Positions 30,420-44,305 of a stretch of DNA of 64,000 bases are shown here, in pieces. The stretch spans positions 177,878,001-177,942,000 of the forward strand of contig OX597815.1 of the NCBI GenBank assembly GCA_951406725.2. Direction: 5' to 3'. The stretch is from Octopus vulgaris. Its lineage: Eukaryota. Every line of letters begins with the position of its first letter. Positions within the stretch are counted from its first letter, which is position 1. The position numbers and the translations under genes were made by a program. Below the pieces are notes generated by a model. That model worked only from the letters and a program-made list of their open reading frames with translations, was not told the DNA's origin and searched no databases.

Positions 30420-30952
30420 CAGAATATGCTTCAACACACGAACTCACGTAAAGAATCTTGCAAACCAAATCCAAAAACGAAATATTTCCATACATCTTTC
30501 CACAATATTGCACATAATATCAGTTTTCTATCCCGGCAAATTTTATTTGTTCTTTTTCTTTTACTATTTTAACAACATATCGTATACTTTATTTTCGCAG
30601 ACCCACAATAATGTTCTCCTTACTGATTCGAATTCTGTCCTATACATTTCTTTCTTCTTTTCATGAATTTCCATCATCCACTTAAACTGTTTGACCTAAG
30701 ACAAGCTAACAAAACCAAGCAACCACAACTGGATAATTGATGGGGCAGTTAAAAAACTTATAGCACTTAAAACACCTATTTTCCAATAATTATGTCCACC
30801 TAAATTATATGGTCACAGTTTTCTTGTGCACAGTAACTGATGTGTATAGTCTGATAGTGACTCGTGTGAGATAGGGGGAGAGAAAGAGAGAGAGAGAGAG
30901 AGAGAGCTAGTTAAATAGATTGATAGAGAGATATATAGATAGACAGATAGAC

Positions 30953-31035
<83 letters not shown>

Positions 31036-31040
31036 CAGAC

Positions 31041-31115
<75 letters not shown>

Positions 31116-31116
31116 G

Positions 31117-31168
<52 letters not shown>

Positions 31169-31676
31169 GGATAGATAGATAGATAGACAGATAGATATGC
31201 ATGTATGTACGTATGTGTGTGCGTGTGTGAGTTACAAACATTCACACATATAACTAGGTTGGTGTACTTGTTAAAATGATATTTTAACGTACTTTTAAGA
31301 ATAAAACTGAGCATCACCAACGTTGTTTCCCAATAATGAGGAGTGAGTCAAATTTACAGCGAGTGACAATATCACTTTATAACTGAGAGCAAATTATATT
31401 GAGTGTGCAAAACAGCAACAATCGAAACAGGGATGCGTAGATTACTTCCTAACACGTTCTTGCGGACATGAACGTGAATTTAACTTATCGAAATGGATTA
31501 CACCTTTGAAGAATGATTTGTCCAATTATACAATTTATGTAGGTAACACGCTTTAGCAGCGTCACTGTAAGACGTTGATGTTTCGGCACAGCTTCGCTCC
31601 TCTGTGAAAAACACATCCTGAAATTCTGAAACTAAAAGACGCATATGTTTCTATTTACAGAGTTCAACTAACAAAA

Positions 31677-32138
31677 TACGAGGATAAGTCAAGAATCATC
31701 CGCACTTTCACCATAACATAATTTATTATTGTCACACTGCCTTCTGTGCATGCGTGCTTGTAGTTGGTGTTATTGTGACAACATAATAGAAGTTTGAGCC
31801 TGATCGCGCCATTTCTTCTGGTTTTACAGGGCAAGCATGACCGCCCACTAGCAATGCGCACCAAAGAAGAACAAAGGGCACTGATCCGAGAGATGGTAAT
31901 AGTGAACCGGTTCACCATTCCTCCTGTCTCTCAAGCTCGCTGAATCTTCTCGTCAGTGGTGGAGGTTGACCGGAATCCTGCTTCCACTTCGGTTTCACGC
32001 TTGTCTGACCACTTTTAAACTTCTCGATCCACTTATACACACTTCCAGGCGGTAGGGTACTGTCCCTGTACTGTGTGAAAAGCCTCCGATGAATTTCAGT
32101 ACCTGACGCACCTTTCAACCAGAGAAATCGGATCACTG
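31677..32138. mobile_element. Rearranged mariner remnant
   Basis: TIR-like TA|CGAGGATAAGTCAAGAATCATCCGCACT; + strand ...TKEEQRALIR; - strand IRFLWLKGASGTEIHRRL...VYKWIEKFKSGQTSV (transposase HTH). Confidence 0.88.
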
Positions 32139-32159
32139 TTTAAATATATGTGCTGAGTT

Positions 32160-32385
32160 TGTCAAACATTTAAACCAGATTTTCTCAAAAAACTTGTCCG
32201 ACCGTCCTATAGGCCTACCCTTTGAGAAACACTGATTTAACCTAAATTTGATACACCAGCAAAAGAAGAAATAAAGATAGCCTTTTTTTTTCTATTCCAT
32301 ATTAAATTTGAGCGCAATCGGATGGAGGATGCCCGAGATCCTAGAAGACAAACACTCACAGACAGAACAAATTTCATATAATAGA
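32160..32385 (-). mobile_element. Helitron-like 5' fragment
   Basis: Minus strand A|TCTATTATATGAAATTTGTTCTGTCTGTG...ccgattgcgctcaaattt, similar in style to the other Helitron 5' ends. Confidence 0.5.
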
Positions 32386-32844
32386 TAATAAAAAATGTTT
32401 GCGGGTGCTGTTCAGCTAATTCTACATGCAGCCAAATGAACATATTTTCATTCCTGAGCTTAACCAGTCAGAGAGCAACAAGAGCAATAACGTCCACGCA
32501 ACACTATCATTGCTCACTTCCACGCTTTCATGCCGTTATATGATTTATCCCCCACACGGTGTTAAAACCGTGGAATAAATGTAATAATAACAGCGCTTTT
32601 CTCCACTTGTTATACACACGTACATATACACACGCGCGCGTGCACACACATATACGCACAGATGTATATATCCATACACCATACACACATGCATGCAAGC
32701 ATACATACATGTAATACATAACTATATATACGCGCATATCTTCGTGGAAGTTATTGTATTATATATGCGGTATATTCATTACAACTGTAACACACACACA
32801 CCACACACACATATATATATATAATACCAAATATATATGTGTAT

Positions 32845-32910
<66 letters not shown>

Positions 32911-32921
32911 ATTTAAATGTG

Positions 32922-32978
<57 letters not shown>

Positions 32979-32991
32979 ATATTTATATGTA

Positions 32992-33051
<60 letters not shown>

Positions 33052-33052
33052 C

Positions 33053-33113
<61 letters not shown>

Positions 33114-33151
33114 TTATATATATAATGTTATATATAGCTATACCTATAATG

Positions 33152-33186
<35 letters not shown>

Positions 33187-33692
33187 ATAGTATTCCCAAA
33201 TTTCCCCATTTGCTATTCAGTCATATTAATTGAAATCAGAAATATCGTTTTCCGATAAGATCAAGTTTATCATAAAATTCACTGTATAATCTTTCTTTCC
33301 TGAAGGCGACTTTACAAAATGAATAATAATTCTTAAGACTTTGCTTTTCTCTTATGTATTTTACTTGTGTTTTATTGGAGCTAAAAAGAATTTGTTGTAT
33401 TTAATACGAAATGAAATGTTTTTCTATATATTATTTCGATTTATATATATTTTTAAATTCCTAATTTGCCCCTTTTCAAATGCTCGTCAATTTTTAATCA
33501 TTAGAAAATATCGATGTAGTGATATCACTTCGCATGTCTTCTTAACGCTATGGGTTACACAAGAAAAGGTTGGATTCTGAACTCTTTGTACCTTTTAAAT
33601 GAGAACATTTAAAATATCTTCTGTTTTACTTCTTTCAGTCATTAGACTGCGGCCACTCAATCTGCCACACGCACACCCACGCGCGAACACAT

Positions 33693-34170
33693 ATACAGAA
33701 ATCAATTGCCATTTTACGGTTCACCAATCGCGCACTCAGTACATCGCGGATTTTTCTAGCTAATATATGTAACTTTATATCGCTCACTGCTCGGTATATC
33801 TCGGGTTTCTGCGGCAGATACGTATTTATATTTTTTAGACTTTAACTATTTCAATGGTAAAATAAGCATTCTCACGCCTAAAAATTAATAAATTAGTAAA
33901 TAAAAAGACGGTACTGCACCGTGTAATATATTAATTGAAATTTATTAAAAGAAAATACGTAGTGTACCGTAGATCAGTAAACTAAGAATCGCACATACTG
34001 TATGGGAAACGAAACTCGGGAGGTGAGCGTGTGTTATTGGTTTACATTAATAATAAAATAAATATATACAAATTATAAAGATAATAAAAAAAATGTACAG
34101 CACAATACTGTTTCTGCTTCGGGGATTTTCACTTATCGCAAGTAGTTTTGAAACGAAACAAACGCAGCAG
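33693..34170. mobile_element. Decayed pogo/Tigger-like MITE
   Basis: TA|CAG start; subterminal motifs cggttcaccaatcgcg...catcgcggattttt and ggattttcacttatcgc. Confidence 0.45.
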
Positions 34171-34299
34171 TCGACCACTTGAGTAGAATATTTGGTATTG
34201 GTGAAATAAAATGAAGTCACTTTTGAAAGGTTTAAGACTACCGTTTGTAAAAGCAACGACAGATATTTTAAATAATCCTTTATGCTGGAGGCATAAGGC

Positions 34300-34672
34300 C
34301 TTAAACTAGTGCGGAGGGGACTAGTCGATTGCATCAACCTTAGTGTTTCACTGGTACTTAATTTATCGACCCCGATGGGTTGAATGGCAAAGTCGACCTC
34401 GGTAGCATTTGAACTCCGAATGTAGCGGCAGACGAAATACTTATTTCTTTATTACCCACAAGGCGCTAAACACAGAGAGTACAAACAAGGACAGGCAGAC
34501 GCATTAAGTCGATTATATCGACCCCAGTGCGTAACTGGTACTTATTTAATCGACCCCGAAAGGATGAAAGGCAAAGTCGACCTCGGCGGAATTTGAACTC
34601 AGAACGTAACAGCAGAGGAAATACCGCCAAGCATTTCGCCCGGCGCGCTATCGATTCTGCCAGTTCACCGGC
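34300..34672 (-). mobile_element. SINE family A, two units in tandem
   Basis: Same head and central domain as other copies; junction gacgaaatact|tatttcttt near 34440. Confidence 0.9.
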
Positions 34673-35350
34673 TTTCAGATAGATTAAACAATGGTGGACA
34701 TGTACTGGCAAATCTAAAGATTTTACTCGAATATTCCAACGTAAATCCGATCAATGGAAAATTATGAATGCCAGCTAGGCTGTAGTTCACATTCATAATT
34801 ATGCTTGTGCTGGTAAAGAGGTTCAGCCTACAAACCAACCACAAGCTTAATCTCATAATTATTAAAATTCACGGTCCTTTAACTCCATATTAAAAGAAAG
34901 CACCTATGTAATCAAGTCAATTAATTTCTGGAAATTTACTTTATGAGCTTTGTTGCAGAGCAACGTCGAATCACGGTTAGCTACACATCAACAGAAAGAA
35001 AGAAGGATTTGTGTCAAAACTGGAGGCGTTGAATGTTTCGACCAAGTGATTAGTGTGAACATAGTTTTTCTTCTTTTTTTTTAGTTTGTTTAACTCGAAA
35101 CTTCTCCTGCAGTACACGATCAGCTATTATCAGTGTAGGTACGGATTAGAGATGTTTTATTTAGTTATGATATTAGTAGTGATGGCCGTACCCCAACTAA
35201 TATGCGTTTCATTTGAAAAAAAATTTCCAGAGAACTTACCGGTGCTCCGGAGTCATAGCAGTATTGGTTCGCTTTTCTCATTAGCCAGCTCCAAAAGCTC
35301 AGTACCATTTTCAAAATGCTTACTTCACGAATCCTTTAGCAATACAGTGG

Positions 35351-35437
<87 letters not shown>

Positions 35438-35479
35438 GGAGACAGACAGACGGACAGACGGACAGACAGATATACAGAC

Positions 35480-35563
<84 letters not shown>

Positions 35564-35590
35564 CGACGGACGGAAGACAGACAGACAGAC

Positions 35591-35666
<76 letters not shown>

Positions 35667-35925
35667 GAATGGGTGGGTGTATGGACAGACGGGTAGACGG
35701 GTGGATGGATGGATAGGTAGATATATAAGAGGTGAATACATGTATTGATGCATTTGCCATCCTTAGGTGCACGACCGTCTCACACATTTCTTCACATCGT
35801 AATAATTTCAGTATAGAAGAAACTATGTTTATACTTTTGCATTAATACGCATGCTTTGCACTATTCATTACAATTGTTTATTTTCAAAATCTCTGAATGA
35901 GAAACATTCAGTAAAAGTACCGTAG

Positions 35926-36258
35926 AGTAAAGATTATTTGCGAAGATAATGTGGCAGTCCTGGTTAGGATGAATATTACTGTTATTTAGCTCCAGGAAAC
36001 GTCGTTACCAGCTGGCTGTCGACAAACTATCTCCGTCCTTATATTTCATCAGCATCAACACAGAAATAACCTAGAAATCAATGGTCCACAGATATTGTTT
36101 TAGAACTGAGCGGGGGACACTAAACTCCTTTGTTCGAAAATATAAGGACGCAGATAATATGTCGACAGACAGATGGAGACGACGTTTCCTGGGGCCAAAT
36201 AACAATAACATTCGTCCTAACCAGGACTGGAACATTATGTTGGTAAATAATCTTTACT
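35926..36258. mobile_element. Fold-back element with about 120-bp inverted arms, GTAAAG family
   Basis: Arms 35926-36046 and 36138-36258 are diverged reverse complements. Confidence 0.85.
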
Positions 36259-36355
36259 GTATGTTTATCAAATCCATACAAATAAAGCTAGTTGGTCATA
36301 TGACAAGAACATCATGGTTACAGTATCCATTTAACTCTAAGTATACATGCAAATG

Positions 36356-36727
36356 TAAAGTATTATAGCCATCTCAATATGGCTAACCACAAAGGGGGGG
36401 GGTGTTACTGTAGCTTTTTAGCCCAAGGAGATCATCGTCTCCAGGTGGCTTTAGACACAATTTCTGTGCCCTTATGGTATTTGCAAAGGGAGGCCATCTC
36501 TTTCTCGTAAGCCTAAGTGATACGCACCGGACCGCGGTTTCGAGATTATTGTCTCTTATCAACGGGCGGTAATCACCGGATAAAGGGATGACCTCCCTTT
36601 GCAAATACCATAAGGGCACAGAAATTGTGTCTAAAGCCAGCTGGAGACGATGATCTCCTGGGGCTAAAAAGCTACAGTAACACCCACCCCTTGTGGTTAG
36701 CCATATTGAGATGGCTATAATACTTTA
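36356..36727. mobile_element. Young fold-back element with about 147-bp near-perfect inverted arms and a hammerhead in the loop
   Basis: Arms 36356-36503 and 36582-36727 differ at only a handful of positions; 78-nt loop. Confidence 0.93.
36518..36576 (-). ncRNA. Type I hammerhead ribozyme, U3-A8 core variant
   Basis: GTGAT-tac-CGC-CCG-TTGATAA-GAGA-caataa-TCTC-GAAA-CCGCGG-TC|CGG-t-GCG-t-ATCAC; all three stems pair; GUC triplet. Confidence 0.82.
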
Positions 36728-37254
36728 GATTGTCGAGCGATTACTGTTTACATCTCGTTCTGAGATTTAATAATGCTATACATGCAAAGTTTTCTCTTTA
36801 TTAATTACATAAAAATTATCTTGGTTTGGTCGGTAAAAATAAGATATTTTCTTTCATATCAATTAAGGTGGTAGATGTAAACTAAAGAAATTGAAAATAC
36901 TTAATGTTAACAAACACAGGAAGGACTAAAAGGAGAGTGTAAGTTATGAAGGTGAATATAAAAATAACTTATATAATATATAAAATAAAAATTAAAATAT
37001 AATATATTAAATTACCGGTGAACAGAGAGGTGGAGATATATAAGGATTAAACCAAGAAATAGTATTGAACAACAATGAATTACAAATAGTGTTATTACCT
37101 CAAAGAACTTCATTAACGTAATAGAGACCGATAAATTTTAATCATACCTTCCAACCACACTTCGAAATTCGTTCTAACCCAATGAACTGTAGCAAAATTT
37201 AAATCCTACACAGACATACCTAGAAGCAACTGCATAGAAGCATGAAGATAATTA

Positions 37255-37649
37255 TCCTTTCTACTGAAGCTACAAGGCCTTGAAATGTGTGGTGTGGGGA
37301 CTATTTGATTACATCGACCCCAGTGTTTTATTGGTATTTTGTCGACCCTGAAAGGATAAAAGGCAAAGTTGACCTTGGCTGAATTGAACTCAGAACGTAG
37401 AGGCAGACGAAATACCTATTTCTTTACTGTCCACAAGGGGATACACACAGAAGGGACAAACAAGGACAGACAAACGGATTAAGTGGATTATATCGATCCC
37501 AGTGCGTAACTGATACTTAATTTATCGACCCCGAAAGGATGAAAGGCAAAGGCGACCTCGGCGGAATTTGAAATCAGAACGTAACGGCAGACGATATACC
37601 GCTAAGCATTTCGCCCGGCGTGCTAACGTTCCCGCCAGCTCGCCGCCTT
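37255..37649 (-). mobile_element. SINE family A, two units in tandem
   Basis: Head near 37649; junction gacgaaatacc|tatttcttt near 37417. Confidence 0.9.
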
Positions 37650-37746
37650 AAGCACATCCATACACACGTACACACTCACACTCCTGTGTATACGTACAGA
37701 CTGCACAGAGACATACTTTTGCACGTTTGTGAATATATGTAAAAAT

Positions 37747-37809
<63 letters not shown>

Positions 37810-38057
37810 CATACATAATACATGTACACATATTTATAAATACATATACAAACATGTGTAAACATACGAATACATACATGTGTGTGTGAGCGCGTGCGTG
37901 TGTGTGTGTGTATTTGTTGGACAGTAGTAAGTTATACAGGAAGCCCATACACCACTGTTATATCTTGCTACTGTCCAATAAATGTCTGTGTTGAAGCTGA
38001 GGTTGTGTTGACCACAGATTCACTTACAGTTTCATTATTTCCTCTTATTATTAATAA

Positions 38058-38417
38058 CCAGCAGTATCGCCCGGCGTTGTTCGGGTTTGTTTCGACCCTT
38101 CAGGATTGGAATTTTTGAAAAGTATTATGTAGCTTGTTATTTTCTTTAAGTGAACATTTTTCTGGTTGAAATACACCGTAAAAAAACAATCGTAAAAAAT
38201 AGGGATTTTCATAGAAAAAAAGCACTTTTTTTATATAAATATATTTTTTGGTGTTAACATCGTTCGATTTGAATTTTATCTTATACGGAAGGAAGGGCAA
38301 GTTTTCTTCTATCATACTCTCAACTTTGGTGAACTTGCGCCGCAGGGTCTCGGAGGAGATAGTGTTAGTTGAAGGCTACCAAACCTGCCATACTTCAGCT
38401 TTATATAGAGAGAGAGA
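38058..38417 (-). mobile_element. Complete 360-bp non-autonomous Helitron
   Basis: Minus strand A|TC... 5' end, 3' hairpin cccgaacaacgccggg, CTGG|T end (CTRR), inserted in an AT dinucleotide without TSD. Confidence 0.85.
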
Positions 38418-40489
38418 TTGCAATTGTGATGACATGGTGAGGATTGTGATGGTGCGTAGAAGAAAGCAATGCATGGAAATGACATGGGTTAATGGCGATT
38501 ATTTAACAATAAATTCCTTCCTTCAAATATTCTTTGGATATTTCTAATTTGTTATTTGTTAGAATTTTGATTTACAAAAAGCCGCTTTGCACGTGCGACG
38601 ACGTATCGTCTCAACAATTTTTCGAATACAATATCTCTAAGCTGTGATGATACGTTAGATATAAATATTATTTCTACTTAAAAAATAATCGTAAGAAATT
38701 GATTCATCATGAATTCTCTTTTTCTATTAAAACAGTAACGTAATCTATTTCTTAAGTGAATAGCTAAAATGTTTTGAAAATATTGAGGAGTGGCGAGTGG
38801 CGATTGAGATTACTGACTGCACAATGCATTAAAATATACCATTGTTTCTAAATCCTCTTATATTGGTAAATTACAAATACGCTGCAATTGCATTACTAAT
38901 ATAATAAGAAAATATTCCTGATAATTAAAAACATCCATATAAATTTGTTTTCTTTTGTTTCTTATGAGCTTTTTTGCCATGAATGCTTTCAACGTTGACA
39001 AAAATATGCTGACGCTTACAATATATTCAAGCTGTTGGATACATAGAGCCTATTTTCATTGGCTTTAAATTGGTTGTTTTGGTACGGTATCGTATTAAAT
39101 TAATGATGTACTACCGTGACAAATGGTCATTGACGTCTACATTCTCTTTATCAAATGTCATTCGCCATTTCATTATAAAGTTCTGTAGGATCGACTCTGT
39201 TCTAGTCAAGTCGATGTCAATCACACGATGTTTCTAGACCTTTTCATTCATTTCATAATTCTGTTTAATCTTTCTCTATAGGGTGCGTATCTTCTTATTC
39301 ACAATCAATGGACAGGTACTGCGCAGCCTCCCACGGACGAAGAGGAAGACACTTTGTTTATAATTCACCGATATTACAAGACATTTTACGTTCCAATTCT
39401 CCATTAGTATGACATGTTGAAAATATAATTGTCATTCAAAGTGATTTATCATTGGTTCACAGATATTGTTTTAGAACTGAACGGGGAACAACTTCTGTGT
39501 AAGTATAGCATCTGGTATAACTTACAGCGATATTCTCAGGTTATCTTATATGGAATGTACAGTAATCGATTACTGCTTGCTTCAGTCATTCTAATTCGAC
39601 ATGCTGAGGAAAACGTCGATACAAAGACTTCCTTAAACCTGGTATGAAAAATATAAGAATTACAATAAAAGTACAAATTTATAATTTCTAGGAATCATGT
39701 AGAGAAAATTGCTCAATGTGTCTATCCATTTTGCTGAGAATAAATAAAACGCACTCAGTTGAAGCACAACTAAAACGAAATATATTATGTCGATAAGCCT
39801 TTCAAATATTGTATTGTAGTCGAGTTACTTATTTCTAAGGTTGTTAATACTAACCACTTAAAGGCGCATGAATCAGTGTAAGTTTCACTCTTTCAACATA
39901 CATGTTTGTCAATCATCTTTTAAATATCCTCCTGCAAATGATCTTAACGGAGTATTTGCACATGTTTCTTTCTTGTAATTCAGAATTGCATCTGAGAAGA
40001 CATATTTCTGTGAAAAGTTTCTGTAAACGTTTCTCGTCCTCCATTCGGTCAATTTGATATTTTGTCTCTGCAGCTCATTACTAAACAAGAACGAAAGTCA
40101 CAGGAGCGTGTCCGAGTGAAGCCGACCCCTGATCTCGGTGGTAGTAACACATATTCAAGCTGTACACCCTGTACTCCCATGAAATTCTGCGCTAAATAGA
40201 AAAAATGCTAATGACTGAATTAACTTCATCCCGTAAATATTATCTACTTCACTCGCACGATGTACATCACTGAAACTACCTTAGACCCCAACTAACAGTA
40301 ATTAAAAGAATAAGGTGACCATGTTTATATCTTGCACTCTATGATTTCCAGTTTGTTCCCTCATAATTTTTCTTTATCTGACTGCAACACCATACACCAC
40401 ACATTTTAAATTTTATGTTAATTTCTATCGTCCATATTTTCTGTTCTTTATATCTTCTTATATCTTCTCTCTCTCTTTCTCTCTTTCTC

Positions 40490-40521
<32 letters not shown>

Positions 40522-40918
40522 CTCCATCATTCCTCTTGTTTTAATCTATTCTCATCTACCTTCCTCCTTTCGATTACCTCTTCCCATGATTCTAATCTAC
40601 GAGTCACTTCATTTTCTATACTGTGACTCATTTCCTTAAGGACCAACTTTGAATTATTCTCTCATTTACTTCTTGCATTAAATGTGGCACAATGGTCACT
40701 GGTTCGTTGCGATTTCTTTTCTCTTACTTAATATCTTTCTTACCTTTGTCCCGCATTTTGCTAGTCATAGCCTCACGAGTTAGTTTTCGTTAAATATGAT
40801 ATATAGATGTTTTCCTGTCTTGAAAAAATAGTTGGCATGTCAAAGCGAGTGTACAGTTCTCAGGATTAAAGTCTCGAAGGTACCTTCAACCTTAGTCAAC
40901 AACTAATGAAAGATTATA

Positions 40919-41176
40919 AATAAACAGATGCGCCCTTTCAAAGCCTAGCCAGGCTCATGGGCCCGGTTTCCCGGTTTCTATGGCGTATGTGTTACCCAGC
41001 TGGACTGGACGCCAGTCCATCGCAGCGTTACTCATTTTAGCCAGCTGAGTGGACTGGAGCAACGTGAAATAAAGTGTTTTGCTCAAGAACATAACCCGTC
41101 GCCCGGTCCAGGAATCGAAACCACAATCTTATGATCATGGGGTTGACAACCTAACCACTAAGCCACGGGCCTCCAC
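40919..41176 (-). mobile_element. Full-length SINE family C (tRNA head, CORE-like and V-domain-like segments)
   Basis: tggcttagtgg A-box, gtttcgattcc B-box, ctgcgatggactggcgtccagtccag; 14-bp TSD aatgaaagattata at 40905-40918 and 41177-41190. Confidence 0.9.
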
Positions 41177-41311
41177 AATGAAAGATTATAGTGACTATTT
41201 GTTTTTCGAACTTGTGCATTTTATGAACTATGTTACATTTTCCGGACGCACACACATATACAAACATTTAGGCATATAATGACTCAGTTAAATATGCGAT
41301 CATATAAATGT

Positions 41312-41377
<66 letters not shown>

Positions 41378-42241
41378 ACACTGACTCAATAAAATGTGCA
41401 GTGGTTGAATACATGTCTATAAAACAGGGTGTGATATTGTAGAATAGACGCTAGATGAATTGCTTGGTCAACGATGTCGCTTTATAGACACCAGTTTCTC
41501 TATTTCAGGCCACTAAATATAGCGAATTACAAGGAACCCAAAGTGTAAATGATTGAAAAATATTTCTTCATTTGTTACGAAATTATATACGCCTTTATAT
41601 GAATTTTATTTTGGGCCTTTTATGTACAATAGCCGTCGTCCCTGTGAACCAGTGGTATTTACAAATCGTGAATCTAAAATTAAGGATGGAAAGCACTAAA
41701 GAGGGTTAATTAATTTTAATTTCACATGTACTTTATATTTATGCAATAAATCTCATTAACGTTTAACAATTAAAATTACATTTCTATGTTCTTATGTTGT
41801 CTCTTCTCTAAATTTTTGATACGATGACTAATTTATTGTGCAGTGATATATTCCGACTAATGTTCTCCTTATCTTTGCTACAGCCATGGAGGGATTGTCA
41901 ATGGAGTTCCGACCACCTATAGGTTGGTCGAAGGATGATGATGATGATGATTGCAGTCATCGCTTTGATCGTACGTCTTTCTTTCTTTCGCCTTTGTCGT
42001 ACTCCATATCGTTTTCAGAATTTCGAACCGAATAATTTATTAAACAAATGCTGGTACTTTTCTCTAAAAAATTTCTTCTCCATCGGTACTCTACCAGTTT
42101 CCTTTGATGATACCAATTAGAGAAATATATTTATTGATTGAGTAAATCAGGGACACGTCCACTTGCAAGCTTCTAAACCAAACACTTGATGTTAAATCAA
42201 CACTTTCATTCACTCAGTTATATTGATATATAGCGGTTCTC

Positions 42242-42475
42242 GAAGGAGGTGAGCTGGCAGAATCGATAGCGCGCCGGGCGCAATGCTTGGCGGTATTTCG
42301 TCTGCTGTTACGTTCTGAGTTCAAATTCCGCCGAGGTCGACTCTGCCTTTCATCCTTTCGGGGTCGATAAATTAAGTACCAGTTACGCACTGAGGTCGAT
42401 GTAATCGACTTAATTTGTTTGTCTGTCCTTGTTTGTCCCATCTATGTTTAGCCCCTTGTGGGTAATAAAGAAACA
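42242..42475 (+). mobile_element. Full-length SINE family A with 23-bp TSD
   Basis: TSD tatattgatatatagcggttctc at 42219-42241 and 42476-42498; central gcctttcatcctttcggggtcgataaattaagtaccag resembles the MetaSINE domain as I recall it. Confidence 0.95.
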
Positions 42476-43399
42476 TATATTGATATATAGCGGTTCTCTA
42501 CACATCATATTTTCTGGTTTTGTACTAGTTGGATTAATATGCTCATTTTAATAGGTTCAGTTCTCATTTAATTCGAAGAATATCTCAAATTATATTGTAT
42601 CTGTTCTTTTCAGCAACATATGCATTTAGAATCAAAACCATTGTGTTTTGTTTGTTAATGTTAGTGATTCGACAAAACTGGATCGACTGAGTTCAGCAAT
42701 GAGAGCTAAAGTATGTCTTGAATATTTTGTAGGGCAGTCGCCTCTTAGGTTAGTTCCCTATTCTACTGAAAATGTATATGACGTATTTCATCTGTGCGGG
42801 TCAGATTTTATGTTATCAAGAATAATAAGGAAATTAGAAAACCTATTCAAAATCAGTGAGTGCAGACGAGCTACTAGTTATTGTATTTACTTTGTCATAC
42901 ATACCATTCATCATTATTTAATCGAATTTGTATTATTCTAAAACATTACGTTTTCACAGAAAAGACATCTAATTTCGAATAAAAAGTTTGAATAAAATAT
43001 GACAGATACAATATAATTTGAGATATTCTTTGAATTAAATGAGAACTGAACATATTTCTAGTATATTCCTTGCTTTGTAACTTTTAAATTAAATTTTCTT
43101 CCACGAATATTATATTTTGTAGGTTGCCATTATGAAGAGAAAGGAAAAGAAGAATAAAATTCCTATATATCAGATAATGATTAAAAGTGAAATATGAACC
43201 AAAAAATGAAGACTCGAAAATAGTTTCCCTGCAGATATAGGTCTTTATTTAAAAAATATAATTAAAATTATGTTTTAGATAATATTTTCCCACTTTTAGA
43301 TTTTCGAATAGATGTAAAATCTGCCTGAAGAGAAACAACACTTCAGACGCGAAATTAGAAATAGCGAATATCAGTTTTTAATAGGATTCTTTGAACTAA

Positions 43400-43670
43400 G
43401 GTAGACTTAGGTACGTTTTGGGCTGAAGACGTTAATATATTTTTGATTAAATGAATTATATGTATTTCATTCCGAACAACGTCTGCAGAAGTTCGTTTTG
43501 CATCAATGTTTGTATGAGAATGTTCATTCGTTAAACGGGAAAATGGGTTTCGGGTGTAGCCTTTGTCAAATATGAAAACGTCCCCTTTCAAAGCATAAAA
43601 TTTAGCATCGAAAATATCAACCACAGCTTTTGACGTCGTGGAATACGGGTCAAAATAGCTTAGAAACATA
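43400..43670 (-). mobile_element. Decayed PLE GIY-YIG remnant
   Basis: FYALKGDVFIFDKGYTRNPFSRLTNEH resembles IYxxxC..C..YIGxTxNxLxxRxxEH. Confidence 0.5.
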
Positions 43671-43702
43671 ATTTACAATGTCGTCGTGAACTCAGATAGC
43701 GG

Positions 43703-44114
43703 AGATTTTATCTCTTGATTTTATTACGTGTGGATGTCAGGATTATTTCATGTTAATACGCTACAAAATTTTAAAACGTTATATTTAAAATTTTTAAAAG
43801 ACCAAACTCATTATTATATTTCAGAGAAGAGTAATTTCACTTGATACTTTAGTCATATCAATCTCCACTTATATACTTAATATTTATATTCTTTCCAATT
43901 TTACACCATTTTCTATGCATAACACTCATAAATAGTGGAAGGTAATTTGTAAAATATTTCGGAATATACACGTAGTGAAGAAATAATTTATAAGCATGGC
44001 ATGAGCAATGCTTCTAAATTATTTCTGTACTACGTTGTATTTATCCGTATTAAGCACTCTTTTTACTAGCTTAACGGTTTCATGCTACCTTAACAGTTTC
44101 ACCGTGTATGTATA

Positions 44115-44172
<58 letters not shown>

Positions 44173-44184
44173 TATATATGTATG

Positions 44185-44243
<59 letters not shown>

Positions 44244-44261
44244 ATATGTATATATGTATGT

Positions 44262-44305
<44 letters not shown>

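Noticed and set aside
40919-42475. tRNA-like A/B-box sequences
   Set aside because: They are SINE heads followed by SINE bodies and TSDs, not tRNA genes
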